In this document: positions 47,385 through 57,011 of the stretch, piece by piece
Layout: each line of letters begins with the position of its first letter
Numbering within the stretch: position 1 is the stretch's first letter
Virus record (IMG/VR): IMGVR_UViG_3300048438_000153
Coordinates: 124,001 to 188,000 of that record
Direction: 5' to 3' (one strand)
Length of the DNA: 64,000 nt
Notes under the pieces: generated by a model
What the model saw: the letters and a program-made list of their open reading frames with translations, nothing else
What the model was told of the DNA's origin: nothing
Databases searched by the model: none
Made by a program: the position numbers and the translations under genes

Positions 47385-48515
47385 TTACACGACCTCATTC
47401 ACGAAGATGCCCACCGCTTTCTTCCAATTTCTAGGCTTGTACCTTTTAAGAGATTGAAAGAACTTCCTGTGGTTTAAGTAGCTTCTAATGTCACTGTTCT
47501 TAGGCTGAGGATTTCTCTCCCTAAAGTTAGTCACCTCATCTAAGAGACGAGAATAAAACTCAATGTCGTCGAGCGCATGGATCGAAATGAGACTAGGATC
47601 AAGACCCTCAGATCTGTACTGATTTCTGAGGGTCTTTTCTTTCTCCCTGTCGTGTTGCCGAAAAGTTCTGTCTCTACTTGAGGTAGGTAAACCCGCTTCA
47701 GAAACTCCCGCATTTAAAGCCATCTGTCTCTGAAAAGCATGGACAAGCTCATGTCGGGCAAAGTCCTCAATCTCTCTCAGCTCTTCCACACCTAAGTTTC
47801 TTTCCTCTGAGAACATGACCACGCCTATAATATGCTTTTTCTCTCTAGAAAGAGAAATCGAATCTTGACTCGGATCATAGAGCTTATAGTAAGCAGGACT
47901 CTTTTCAGAACTCTTAGACCCCTGTTCTACTTTCCCTACTAATGTGAGATCTCCAAGCTCCTCTGTATGAAGTACATTAGTCTTAATAGAATCCTGAATC
48001 TTGGCAAGTCTCTCATATAAAGGTCTTGCCGAAGCAGATATGAAAGGAGTCCGACCCTTGTAAAGACTCTTAAGGTCGGACATCAGACTGAAAAAGTCCC
48101 CCTCTAAATCACCAACGGAGCGCCTAAAATCTCTAGGGCTGTCCGAATAGCTTAAAGACTTCAGATCACGGATCTTCGCCTTCACCCTGTTAAGAGAAGA
48201 TGGCTGTTTCAAGCCCCCTCTCCAAGACGATGTGAGCTCATCAAGAAAAAGCTCGGCGCGATCTAACAGCCTGATGTAGCGAACACCATTATCTCTCCTA
48301 AGCGAGTCAGAAGCGTCTTCTAAATCCTCAAAAGACTCGTTTAGGTCTGATATCAGATCCTTATTTAAGAAAGAACTCTCTTCTAGGAGATTCTGCTTGT
48401 TGACCCAATAGCTCGCAAACTTAGCCTGAAGCCTTTCAGTAACTTCTTCTACGAGGTGTCTTGGAGGTCTTATCAAGCCCGCACTTTTAGGTTCAGATGC
48501 TCTTACTCTCATCAC
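47385..48515 (-). CDS. Zincin-like metalloprotease-domain protein
   Basis: KSA-GLIRPP start; RHELVH; HALDDIEFYSRL. Confidence 0.75.
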   Translation of the reverse strand: MMRVRASEPKSAGLIRPPRHLVEEVTERLQAKFASYWVNKQNLLEESSFLNKDLISDLNESFEDLEDASDSLRRDNGVRYIRLLDRAELFLDELTSSWRGGLKQPSSLNRVKAKIRDLKSLSYSDSPRDFRRSVGDLEGDFFSLMSDLKSLYKGRTPFISASARPLYERLAKIQDSIKTNVLHTEELGDLTLVGKVEQGSKSSEKSPAYYKLYDPSQDSISLSREKKHIIGVVMFSEERNLGVEELREIEDFARHELVHAFQRQMALNAGVSEAGLPTSSRDRTFRQHDREKEKTLRNQYRSEGLDPSLISIHALDDIEFYSRLLDEVTNFRERNPQPKNSDIRSYLNHRKFFQSLKRYKPRNWKKAVGIFVNEVV

Positions 48516-48750
48516 ACAACCTCATCCACGAAGATGCCCACCGCTTTCTTCCAATTTCTAGGCTTGTACCTTTTAAGAGATTGAAAGAACTGACTGCGGT
48601 CTAGGTGAGCGCGTATATCCCTGTTCTTAGGCTGAGGATTTCTCTTCCTAAAGTTAGTCACCTCATCTAAGAGACGGGAATAAAACTCAATATCATCGAG
48701 CGCATGAACAGAAATAAGACGAGGGTCTAGACCCTCAGATCTGTACTGAT
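47387..48750. repeat. ~237-bp near-identical 3' ends of adjacent zincin genes (47387-47623 and 48514-48750)
   Basis: Long identical blocks at offset 1127. Confidence 0.88.
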
Positions 48751-50512
48751 CCCTCATTGACTTCAGTAGCTCTTTCTTATCTTCAACATCATCCGAGTCA
48801 AAGATGTTAGGTTGCCTGAAAGTCTTGTCATATCTTGAGCGTGGGAGCCCTGTATCTCTGTATTCTCTAGGAGAAACATTCGGCTTACTTAAGTGGCGCT
48901 GAATAGCGATTTCTTTCTGCATGAGGTGAACTAACTCATGTCTCGCCACATCCTCTATCTTATCAAGCTCAAAAGCCCCCCAAGTGGTCTTCCCTGAATC
49001 GAAATAGAAAGTGATGATGTGTGCCGTATTACCGAAACCATAAGACCCTCCCGCCCTAAGAGGACTCTTAAACTCTACATTCACATAGAGAGGGTGAGAA
49101 AGAGATGGATCACTCAATCGCCACGAGTAGCCCGACCTTGAAACCTTACGTCTGTGTGAGTTCTTCTGAAAAGCCTCTTCGTACTTCTCTTTCGCGTAAG
49201 GATTGATCAGGCTCATGCCTGAGCCATTCGCGCCCTCAAAAAGATCTCTGAACAAGTCTGAAAGAGTCCTGATATCCTCTTTGTACAAGCTCACTTTTTC
49301 TAAGAGGTCTTGAGGGTTGAGCCTAGAAATGATCTCGTGCGCGTCTATGATCTTAGAGAGATCATCGCTGTCTGTAACTTTCCCACTGAGAGTGTTCAAG
49401 TAGTTCTTTCCGCTCTTGAGTTGGAAAGAAACATCGCTCAGAGACTCCTCACCTCTCTTAATACCTTTCGGAAGATAGGCGAAATCATCAGCAAAAGCCT
49501 CAAGGATGTCTAGGTCGTCTGAGCTGTAGGGGCTACTGTTTCTAGCTTCCATATCGAGTAGATACTCAGCGAGCGCGCCCTTAGCAATCTCGGTCAGCTC
49601 TTTGACGAGGTGTTGAGGTGGTCTAATCAACCCTGCTTTTCTTAAAGCAGATCCGTTGTTCGCGAATCCACTGTCGTAAGGGATAACACGCGCAGAACCG
49701 CTACCGCTGTCATGGACGTATCCCAAGTCGAGTCGGTTGGCGGGAGTCCTCCCGTTAGCCTCAGACTTATCGAGATTTCGGTACTTCAGATTGGGTGAAT
49801 CAGGGGAAGGTCTACCTATGTTTCTTGCCGAGTCTCCATTGGGGAGCGCGCTGTGTGCGTCCGTTCCATCGGGATTGTCTGAACGACCGATGGGAGTACC
49901 TTGTGTCAGGCTTGAGAGCTGATCAGGTGGAGTGACTTCTCTATAGAAATCAGCCCTTCTTTCTAGCGAAGCAGTCTTACCTGTGTCTGCGATATGGTTG
50001 AGCCAAACACTCTCTAGGTCTGTGTTGAAGACAGAAATCTCTATGGGCTTAGAATAGCGCCATGTGGAGACAGTCGTTTTCTGCTCTGTAGTCCACTGAG
50101 AGTTCCCCCAACCAGGTTCTTGAGAATAGGTAGTCTCTACTTGATAGAAAGCGTTCCCTTTGAAAGTGACCTTTGGAGATCGGGAGTAGAAATCGACCTC
50201 AAGCTCTCCCGCTAGACCGATAATCTGAGGATCGACTTTAGACGAGGTGAGTCTATCGGCGATCCTCTTCATTTCTGTCGTGCTTACATTGAAAGGGGAT
50301 ACTGCGTAAGACCAAGGTACGTTACCATTCTTATTAAACCACGCAGACGTGAGAGACTTGATCTCACTCTCTACTTCGGCGTACCTGTTGAACGTAGAAA
50401 TGTTGCTGAGAAGAGCGGTCTTGACGGCTTCCCTGAGATCAGGGTTATCGTGCTTAACAGTTACCGAAATATCATTAGGACTTGAGTACCAATCAGATGA
50501 CGTTCTTCTCAT
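48512..50512 (-). CDS. Multi-module protein with C-terminal zincin domain
   Basis: Starts MRRTS; linkers RYA, KTAS, RRA; RKA-GLIRPP, then RHELVH and HALDDIEFYSRL. Confidence 0.75.
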   Translation of the reverse strand: MRRTSSDWYSSPNDISVTVKHDNPDLREAVKTALLSNISTFNRYAEVESEIKSLTSAWFNKNGNVPWSYAVSPFNVSTTEMKRIADRLTSSKVDPQIIGLAGELEVDFYSRSPKVTFKGNAFYQVETTYSQEPGWGNSQWTTEQKTTVSTWRYSKPIEISVFNTDLESVWLNHIADTGKTASLERRADFYREVTPPDQLSSLTQGTPIGRSDNPDGTDAHSALPNGDSARNIGRPSPDSPNLKYRNLDKSEANGRTPANRLDLGYVHDSGSGSARVIPYDSGFANNGSALRKAGLIRPPQHLVKELTEIAKGALAEYLLDMEARNSSPYSSDDLDILEAFADDFAYLPKGIKRGEESLSDVSFQLKSGKNYLNTLSGKVTDSDDLSKIIDAHEIISRLNPQDLLEKVSLYKEDIRTLSDLFRDLFEGANGSGMSLINPYAKEKYEEAFQKNSHRRKVSRSGYSWRLSDPSLSHPLYVNVEFKSPLRAGGSYGFGNTAHIITFYFDSGKTTWGAFELDKIEDVARHELVHLMQKEIAIQRHLSKPNVSPREYRDTGLPRSRYDKTFRQPNIFDSDDVEDKKELLKSMRDQYRSEGLDPRLISVHALDDIEFYSRLLDEVTNFRKRNPQPKNRDIRAHLDRSQFFQSLKRYKPRNWKKAVGIFVDEVV

Positions 50513-50526
50513 GAGGTAGCTCTTTC

Positions 50527-52077
50527 TTAGTTAGAGAGACAAGCTCTAATATCAGCGAGCGCGTAGTGACTCCGAGGAACTTGGAGGAGCTGAAGAAGCT
50601 GAGGTCGATACTTAGGGTTCTCGTAAGCGAGCTTAACGACAGCAGTCTTAGCTACAAAGGCGTCCTCTCCAAGCTCGTCCTTAACTACTTCTACTTCTCT
50701 CTTAGCTTCCTCTCCCTTTTCTTTCTTAGCCTCAGAAACAGCTTTATCAAGGTTCTTCTTAACCTCAGCGTGGAAAGCCTCAGTCTGCTTTTTCATATCG
50801 GCCTGAAATGCTTTTAAGTCAAAGCCGTTCGGAGTGACAAACTGAGAAAGGTAGTCAATCTGATCAGCATCAATTGTTGAATAATACTCAATGATTTTCT
50901 GCTTGAGAGATTCAATGTCCTCTTCAGAAGCACTCTTAAACCAGCTCTTTAAACCTGACACACCTTTACTGCCCTTCCCCACTCCTTTCTGAGTTAAACC
51001 TCCAATACCCTCAGCGATACCTTTAACTCCTTTTAAAGCGATTGCACTAACACCCGCAACGGAGGTTACAGCCATTGCGACTGCTTGTGCTCCAGCCACC
51101 GCACCTCCTGCTGAAAGTCCGACTGCACTTCCAAATGCTTCTATGCCCATATCAGCAAAACTTGAGCTCGCTTCTGAAGCACCCTCAGCTTGAGCGTCAT
51201 TAAGACCATTCTTCTTAAAAATGGAATGATGGGCTTTTTTTATCTTATTTCGACTCTCTTCCCCCCACTTACCAATCGCCTTTAATTTTGTTTGTAACTC
51301 TTCAGCACTCTCAGGAATAGATTCGGTGAGAGTTTTTCCCGCTTGACTAAGAGTATTACTACCCTTTTCATCTAGCTTACTCGCCTCCTCAAGAGCCATA
51401 TCTATCGCGATACCTACGTCTTGAGAGCTGTCGAGAACTAACTGTCTCTTCACTTCAGCAGAAATCTCTGAAGCTAACTGAGCTCCGCCCTCTTTAAGAG
51501 CAGACACAGCTTTCTCCTCACCCTCAGTCAGTTGCTTTTGCTTGTTCCACTTTTCTGCAAGATCTGCGATAGCTTTCTTAGCTTGTTCATGGAGACTAGA
51601 TGCCTCATCAAGCGCATAACCTATTGCAGTAGAAACGGCTAGTGATCCCTCCATAGCCTCAGAGATTTCGACCCTTTGGTTTTGCAAAGACCTCTCAAAC
51701 TCAGATTGACTCTCAATAGGTACACCTATCGCAGTCTCTAGTTTAGACTTCTTTTTGTCTTTTTTGTTCTTGTTGTCTTTCTTATTCTTGTCGTCCTTCT
51801 TATTGCGCTTATCCGCTCTGTTCTGTTTTCTCTTCTCTCCCTTGTTACCCCTATTCTTAGTCTTCTTCGCCTTAGACCTACCTGCCTCTTTAAAGATGTC
51901 TCCCGTGAAGAAAGGAAGCACATAATCCCTGATCTCAGGGTTCGCATAAGCGAGCTTGATGACCCTCGAAATAAGATCTTCTTCTGAAGCTGTCCTGAGA
52001 GAGATCAGAGGGAGGATATCGCCTCTAGTTTCCTCGTTTTCGTAAGCAGTACGGATCAAGTATTCTCTAATGTTCAT
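50527..52077 (-). CDS. Protein with three xAY(E/A)N motifs and a Gly/Ala-rich hydrophobic segment, putative head/ejection protein
   Basis: LIRTAYENEETR, VIKLAYANPEIR, VVKLAYENPKYR; AVGLSAGGAVAGAQAVAMAVTSVAGVSAIAL. Confidence 0.65.
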   Translation of the reverse strand: MNIREYLIRTAYENEETRGDILPLISLRTASEEDLISRVIKLAYANPEIRDYVLPFFTGDIFKEAGRSKAKKTKNRGNKGEKRKQNRADKRNKKDDKNKKDNKNKKDKKKSKLETAIGVPIESQSEFERSLQNQRVEISEAMEGSLAVSTAIGYALDEASSLHEQAKKAIADLAEKWNKQKQLTEGEEKAVSALKEGGAQLASEISAEVKRQLVLDSSQDVGIAIDMALEEASKLDEKGSNTLSQAGKTLTESIPESAEELQTKLKAIGKWGEESRNKIKKAHHSIFKKNGLNDAQAEGASEASSSFADMGIEAFGSAVGLSAGGAVAGAQAVAMAVTSVAGVSAIALKGVKGIAEGIGGLTQKGVGKGSKGVSGLKSWFKSASEEDIESLKQKIIEYYSTIDADQIDYLSQFVTPNGFDLKAFQADMKKQTEAFHAEVKKNLDKAVSEAKKEKGEEAKREVEVVKDELGEDAFVAKTAVVKLAYENPKYRPQLLQLLQVPRSHYALADIRACLSN

Positions 52078-52136
52078 TGGGTTTGCCCTTTCTAAGCGCA
52101 AGTTTCTTTTCTTAACTTAACGACGAGATAAAAAAA

Positions 52137-54785
52137 TTACTCAACCCTCTGTCTGAGGAGATAAAGGTTAGTCTCGTGAGCGTTCGCCATAGACATAATA
52201 AAGTCGTCCATCCCTAGAGTGAGAACGTCCATTTCTTTCAGCGCCTTATAGATATTCTTGAAGGCTACCTGTAGAGCTTCCTCCACAATCAGAGCGCGGA
52301 GAATAGGGTTGTCTTCAGCCTGAACCTCAGCGATAGGGAGAATCGTGTTCGCCATCAACTGTGCCTGATCTACAGGAGAGACAGCTCGACCTCCGTATGT
52401 ACCCACGATCTTCTCAGCGAGCGTGTCGATCTCTTCGATAAGACTTTGGTAAATCCTCTCTAGTAAGAGATGATCTCCATACTGACTCTCACCCTTCACT
52501 TGCCAATGACTCGTCCAATGAGCCCAATGCGCGCCCCTCAATATGGCGAGCAGAACTTGGAGCGTAGAGAGGGCCATGTCTTTCTCAGAGGCTTTCTTTC
52601 TCCAACCCCCACCTAGCTCTTTGTAAGACTTACTAGCCCAACCGTTCGCATAGGCGCTAGGGTACTTCCTAAAGCCTTCTCCGCCACGAACAGGATTGAT
52701 AATCTTATCACCCCTAGAAACAGGGTTCTTTCTATCGCCTTTAGCGAGGTCTATAATCTCGCCCCACAGCTTAGGGTCAGTAGGCATATTCTCAGCCCCC
52801 CTCTCTATGAAGTTAATGTGCTGAAAAGAGTCCACAGGGATTTGACGATACATCCTAGAAAGAATAGACCTCACGGCCTCTCTCTGCATCGCTTTCTTTC
52901 TTAGTTGCACTTTTCTCGATTTTTGGTTCTTCTGAGTCACGGTCGAACTCCCCCCACCTTCTAGGCGTTTATATCTTTTAGGGTTGTCTCTTCTCCTCTT
53001 ACCTGAAAGGAGAAGCTTGGTCTTATTTCGGAGGTAGTACCTCTTGTTGTCTCTCTTCATCTGACCACGATCTCTACGTTTTTTCTTAACATAGTCGATC
53101 TTGTTCTTTCTGTTGAGAGTCCCCTTAGTATCTCTTTGCTTTCTTCTAGGTGGGCGCAAAGTGATCTTAGCTCTCCCCCGATGCTTCGGGTCAGCTATTC
53201 TTTCTTCTTGAGCCATCTTAGGTCTGCGAGCTAAGCCTGTGGTTTTATTAGCGTCCACATAGGGGTGTCCATATTGATCTCCAGGTATGCCTGAGCTTCT
53301 AGGGCGTTGATGAAGAGGCTTACCATCAGGCTGATTAGGTAGTGCGTTCGGATTCGGTGCTTTCCCGTAGTTAAGAGAAGCTCCTGAGCTGTCTGAAGGC
53401 GTGTTGGAAACAGGAGGCCCTGATCGGTACTCGTCACGCCCTTTCGGATGACCGCTAGGAAGGGGCAGAACTCTATCTCTTTGCGACTTACCATCCTCAT
53501 AGTCTTGACGGCTAGGTTCGGGGGCAGAGGTGTCGTTATCGAGTCCGTCTTGACGACTCTTGCTAACCCAAGTCTGAACGCCCGCTAAGTCCTGTATAAG
53601 TTGCCTAGCAACACGGGTGTTAGAGTCCTCCGTGACAGCCTGATAGAACAAGCCAACAGCTTTGTCCCAAGACTTTCTCTTAAAGTGCTTGAGAGCCCTA
53701 AAGAAAGGACTACTGTTGATGTGTCTACGAACGGTGGAGTTGTTTTTTCTGAGAATGGGATTTCTGAAGTAGCGAGATCTGAACTCCTCAACCTCGTCTA
53801 AGAGTCTCGTATAAAACTCAACGTCATCAAGGGCATGGAAGTTAGCTAAGTTAGGGTCTAAGCCTAAGTCCTTGAGCTCCTGACGCACTTGACGCTCTTT
53901 TGACTTATTATGCTGAGTGATCTTAGTGTCTCTTCTCTTAAAGGGTAAGCCCCCTCTATCTGACAAGCCCTCTCTCTGCCCTATTTCTGACTGAACCGCG
54001 TGGACTAACTCATGCCTAACAGTGCCCTTCACCTGAGCCAAGTCATCTCGGCTGTAATCGGTCTTCTCAGGGATCATAATCTTGATGTGGTGAGCGGAGT
54101 TCCGAAAGCTGTGCGTACCGAGTACGTTTGAATCCATAAACTTAAAAGACAGGACTATGGGATAAACAAATTCAGGGTGAGTGATTCTCGCCTCCACACC
54201 CAAGTCTATGTGGGTGTGGGAGGTCTTAAGATACTCTCGGGGAAACCGACTTTGAGCGAGCTCAAACATATCCTTATCTTGATAAGGATATGACTCTTTC
54301 TTTTCCTTCAGATTTTTAGACACATATAGAAGGCATAAAGAGAGCTTCATAACATCTATCTTGTTATCCCTAAGAACCTTGAGCGACTTATCTGAATTTG
54401 AAAGAGTTTCGAGGTCATTCCAACTAAGAATCTTCTCAAAGAGAGTAAGTGCAAGGTTAGCGTCGTCTCTTATGTTCTTATTTTTATAAGTGTTTTTCTT
54501 AGTGTCTGCGATGACTATTCGGAGTACGTCATGATAGTCATGAAGGAGATCTTCGAGAAGCTCGAATAGCTCTTCCATGTCTTCGTTTTCAAAGTCTTTA
54601 AGATACTCCGAAATCTCTTTCGCCATGCCTTCAAGGTCTTCGATCTCCTCTTCGCTCACTATAGAACTAAAAATTTTAGTGAGAACGTGATCAGCTAACA
54701 CACCCTGAGCTATTTCAGCCACTATTCTAAAAAGCTCGGGAGGAGGCTTCATTAAGCCTGCTTCTTTGTCTGAGAACCTTGCCAT
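52137..54785 (-). CDS. Multi-module protein: zincin + basic modules + Dps/ferritin-like domain
   Basis: KEA-GLMKPP, RHELVH, HALDDVEFYTRL; C-terminal HWQVKG...DHLLLERIY....EIDTLAEKI. Confidence 0.78.
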   Translation of the reverse strand: MARFSDKEAGLMKPPPELFRIVAEIAQGVLADHVLTKIFSSIVSEEEIEDLEGMAKEISEYLKDFENEDMEELFELLEDLLHDYHDVLRIVIADTKKNTYKNKNIRDDANLALTLFEKILSWNDLETLSNSDKSLKVLRDNKIDVMKLSLCLLYVSKNLKEKKESYPYQDKDMFELAQSRFPREYLKTSHTHIDLGVEARITHPEFVYPIVLSFKFMDSNVLGTHSFRNSAHHIKIMIPEKTDYSRDDLAQVKGTVRHELVHAVQSEIGQREGLSDRGGLPFKRRDTKITQHNKSKERQVRQELKDLGLDPNLANFHALDDVEFYTRLLDEVEEFRSRYFRNPILRKNNSTVRRHINSSPFFRALKHFKRKSWDKAVGLFYQAVTEDSNTRVARQLIQDLAGVQTWVSKSRQDGLDNDTSAPEPSRQDYEDGKSQRDRVLPLPSGHPKGRDEYRSGPPVSNTPSDSSGASLNYGKAPNPNALPNQPDGKPLHQRPRSSGIPGDQYGHPYVDANKTTGLARRPKMAQEERIADPKHRGRAKITLRPPRRKQRDTKGTLNRKNKIDYVKKKRRDRGQMKRDNKRYYLRNKTKLLLSGKRRRDNPKRYKRLEGGGSSTVTQKNQKSRKVQLRKKAMQREAVRSILSRMYRQIPVDSFQHINFIERGAENMPTDPKLWGEIIDLAKGDRKNPVSRGDKIINPVRGGEGFRKYPSAYANGWASKSYKELGGGWRKKASEKDMALSTLQVLLAILRGAHWAHWTSHWQVKGESQYGDHLLLERIYQSLIEEIDTLAEKIVGTYGGRAVSPVDQAQLMANTILPIAEVQAEDNPILRALIVEEALQVAFKNIYKALKEMDVLTLGMDDFIMSMANAHETNLYLLRQRVE

Positions 54786-54829
54786 AAGAACCTACCTAAA
54801 GCGCAGTTAAGGAAATGTAGAAAGTAACC

Positions 54830-55396
54830 TTAAGAAAGAAACTCGCTTACACCTTCAGGAGTAACTACGACGTAAGACCCGAAGTTCTGCACAAACCCCT
54901 CTCTCTCGTACTCCAAGAGAGCGCGGAAGTAGTTACTTGGTAACTCTCCTCTAGTGATGACAACCTCACCATCATCAATCATCTTTTCTGAGATGATGTC
55001 AGCGATCTCCTGAAAGAAAGCACCCGAAGCGCCCGCCACCCTAACCTCAGAGTTAATATTCCTCGCCGCTTCGGGGGCGGGGTTATACTTAGAGGCGATG
55101 TCTACAGTCTCACGATCACTGTGAGGGAGGCGTTGACGGTAGAAATCAGCACCCATCGTGATGAGAGCGTAGTTAGTCTTATCTAGGTGTCTCTCGATCT
55201 TAGCGAGGGTGTCGGGGATCGTGAGAAAGGTATCTCCACAGAGACGGTAGACTTCTTCGATAGCGGGCGAGTCTTGAAGCGCCTTAACCATCTGATCTAC
55301 TGCTATTCTTAGACGGTAAGCCTCAACCCTTGCGTCAGAGACGCCACCCGCCAAAATTGACCAAGATGCTTGGCTCGATGCTTTCTTATCTCTCAT
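54830..55396 (-). CDS. Linker-motif protein, putative head cargo
   Basis: Starts MRDKKAS; internal RVA-G linker. Confidence 0.65.
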   Translation of the reverse strand: MRDKKASSQASWSILAGGVSDARVEAYRLRIAVDQMVKALQDSPAIEEVYRLCGDTFLTIPDTLAKIERHLDKTNYALITMGADFYRQRLPHSDRETVDIASKYNPAPEAARNINSEVRVAGASGAFFQEIADIISEKMIDDGEVVITRGELPSNYFRALLEYEREGFVQNFGSYVVVTPEGVSEFLS

Positions 55397-55447
55397 TGTC
55401 TTTCTCCTACTTTGAGTGTCTGAGAAAGACTGAGTATCAAGAGAGTA

Positions 55448-56467
55448 TTAAGCCCCGACCCCTTTCTTGATTACCTTCACTACGCCGTCGCTCTCGACTT
55501 CCATGATCGCCTCAAGAATCTCAGGATGACCCTTATAAAGCTCAAGGGCGAGAGACGCTCTCTTACGCCAGTGTGGAGACATATCCCAATCAATCCCTAC
55601 AGGTAGACTCTTAACCTTACTATTGTCCTCGCCTACTGTGACTGCTCCCTGAGTAGGCTGAACCTCACCCTCAACAGCAGAAAGGATCTGCTGTGCTTCT
55701 TTCTCTTGCTCGTCTGCAAGAGAAATCTCAGGCTCAGAAGCCTCCTCCTCAACAACAAATTCTTCTACGTCATCGTCGAGTAAGTCTGAAAGCTCGATGT
55801 CTTCTTCAGCGGAGGGCTCTTTAACAGGCTTCTCAGAAGCAAGAGCCTCTCTCTGTAGGTTCTCAAGGCGAGAAATCTCAGAACTCGCTTGTGATCCATC
55901 AGAAATCACAGTCTTTTGCTTAGAAGCTGTCTTAATCTTGATCTTCCCTACTGACTCAGCACCCTGAGACTCAGCGAGTCCTCCATCAGATGTTTCCGCG
56001 CTTGAAGCTGAGTTAATGGTAGCGCCACTCTTAGTCTCAACCTTAGAGACTGCGATCATGTCATCGTCCTGAGACTCTACGACCAAAGGGAACTTCTTTG
56101 TTGTGGGCTCAATCTTATCCGAAATCGTGACGTCATTCTTAGAAGAGGTCTTAGAAGAGGTCTTAGAGACTTCTGCGACAGCACGCTCCTCGTCATAGAC
56201 AGTCTCGATCTTCATAACTTTCTTAGCTGGTGCGGGGGCGGTGATTTCTTTCTCAACAGGAGCTGAAGCAGTCCCATCTGAGAGCTTGAGCCAACCGCGC
56301 TTGATTCCCGCCTTAAGCTCAGGCATCGGAGTCTCCTTGCCTGAAAACTTAAGGGTGTAGCCATCGAACTCTACGAGATCGCCTTTGGTGAGGTTGCGCT
56401 CAAGACGACCTAAGTGAACGGTGGTCTGTGCCTCCAAAGTCTGATAGTTTCCTCTAACGAACTCCAT
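55448..56467 (-). CDS. Acidic low-complexity hypothetical protein
   Basis: ORF with SD GGAGG; 12-bp repeat (SKTS). Confidence 0.7.
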   Translation of the reverse strand: MEFVRGNYQTLEAQTTVHLGRLERNLTKGDLVEFDGYTLKFSGKETPMPELKAGIKRGWLKLSDGTASAPVEKEITAPAPAKKVMKIETVYDEERAVAEVSKTSSKTSSKNDVTISDKIEPTTKKFPLVVESQDDDMIAVSKVETKSGATINSASSAETSDGGLAESQGAESVGKIKIKTASKQKTVISDGSQASSEISRLENLQREALASEKPVKEPSAEEDIELSDLLDDDVEEFVVEEEASEPEISLADEQEKEAQQILSAVEGEVQPTQGAVTVGEDNSKVKSLPVGIDWDMSPHWRKRASLALELYKGHPEILEAIMEVESDGVVKVIKKGVGA

Positions 56468-56555
56468 TGTTTCCTCCAATGTGTCATGGTTTAGTGTCAG
56501 TTATACCCTTACCATAAGAGTTTTATAAATAAACATAGGGTGAGGGGACACAAAC

Positions 56556-57011
56556 ATGGAATCCTCACTCAAGTACAGTACCGAAAGGATAAGAGTTACC
56601 ATGAAAAACGTCTATTACTTCGCATACGGAACGAACCTCGAAGAACACTCTATGAAAGATAGATATCCCTCAGCAGAAATCTTCAAGTTCGGTGTTCTTA
56701 AAGGGTTCAAGCTCAAGTTCAAGAACGGAGTGAGCTCAGTAGAAGAAAGAGAGCGATCCGACTATGTTGAAGGACTCATTTACACCATCAACGAAAACGA
56801 TATTGAAGATCCCTTGAAAGGGTCAACCCGATGTGAGGTAGACGTGATTACGGACTGCGGAAACACAGTGCGCGCTATCCTCTTCTTCGCCAAGAAGAAA
56901 GAAGAGTCTCGACCCTCTGAAGAATACCTCTCAAGGATGCTTAAGAAATACGGAGACTATGGGTTCAATAAGAGGCACTTGGAGAGCGCGTTTCTTTCGG
57001 CAGATAGTTAA
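56556..57011 (+). CDS. Gamma-glutamylcyclotransferase (AIG2/GGCT-like)
   Basis: YYFAYGTNL, VEGLIY, PSEEYL. Confidence 0.75.
   Translation: MESSLKYSTERIRVTMKNVYYFAYGTNLEEHSMKDRYPSAEIFKFGVLKGFKLKFKNGVSSVEERERSDYVEGLIYTINENDIEDPLKGSTRCEVDVITDCGNTVRAILFFAKKKEESRPSEEYLSRMLKKYGDYGFNKRHLESAFLSADS

Noticed and set aside
47387-48750. Diversity-generating retroelement TR/VR pair
   Set aside because: Both copies are coding, differences do not look adenine-specific, and no reverse transcriptase is in the window.
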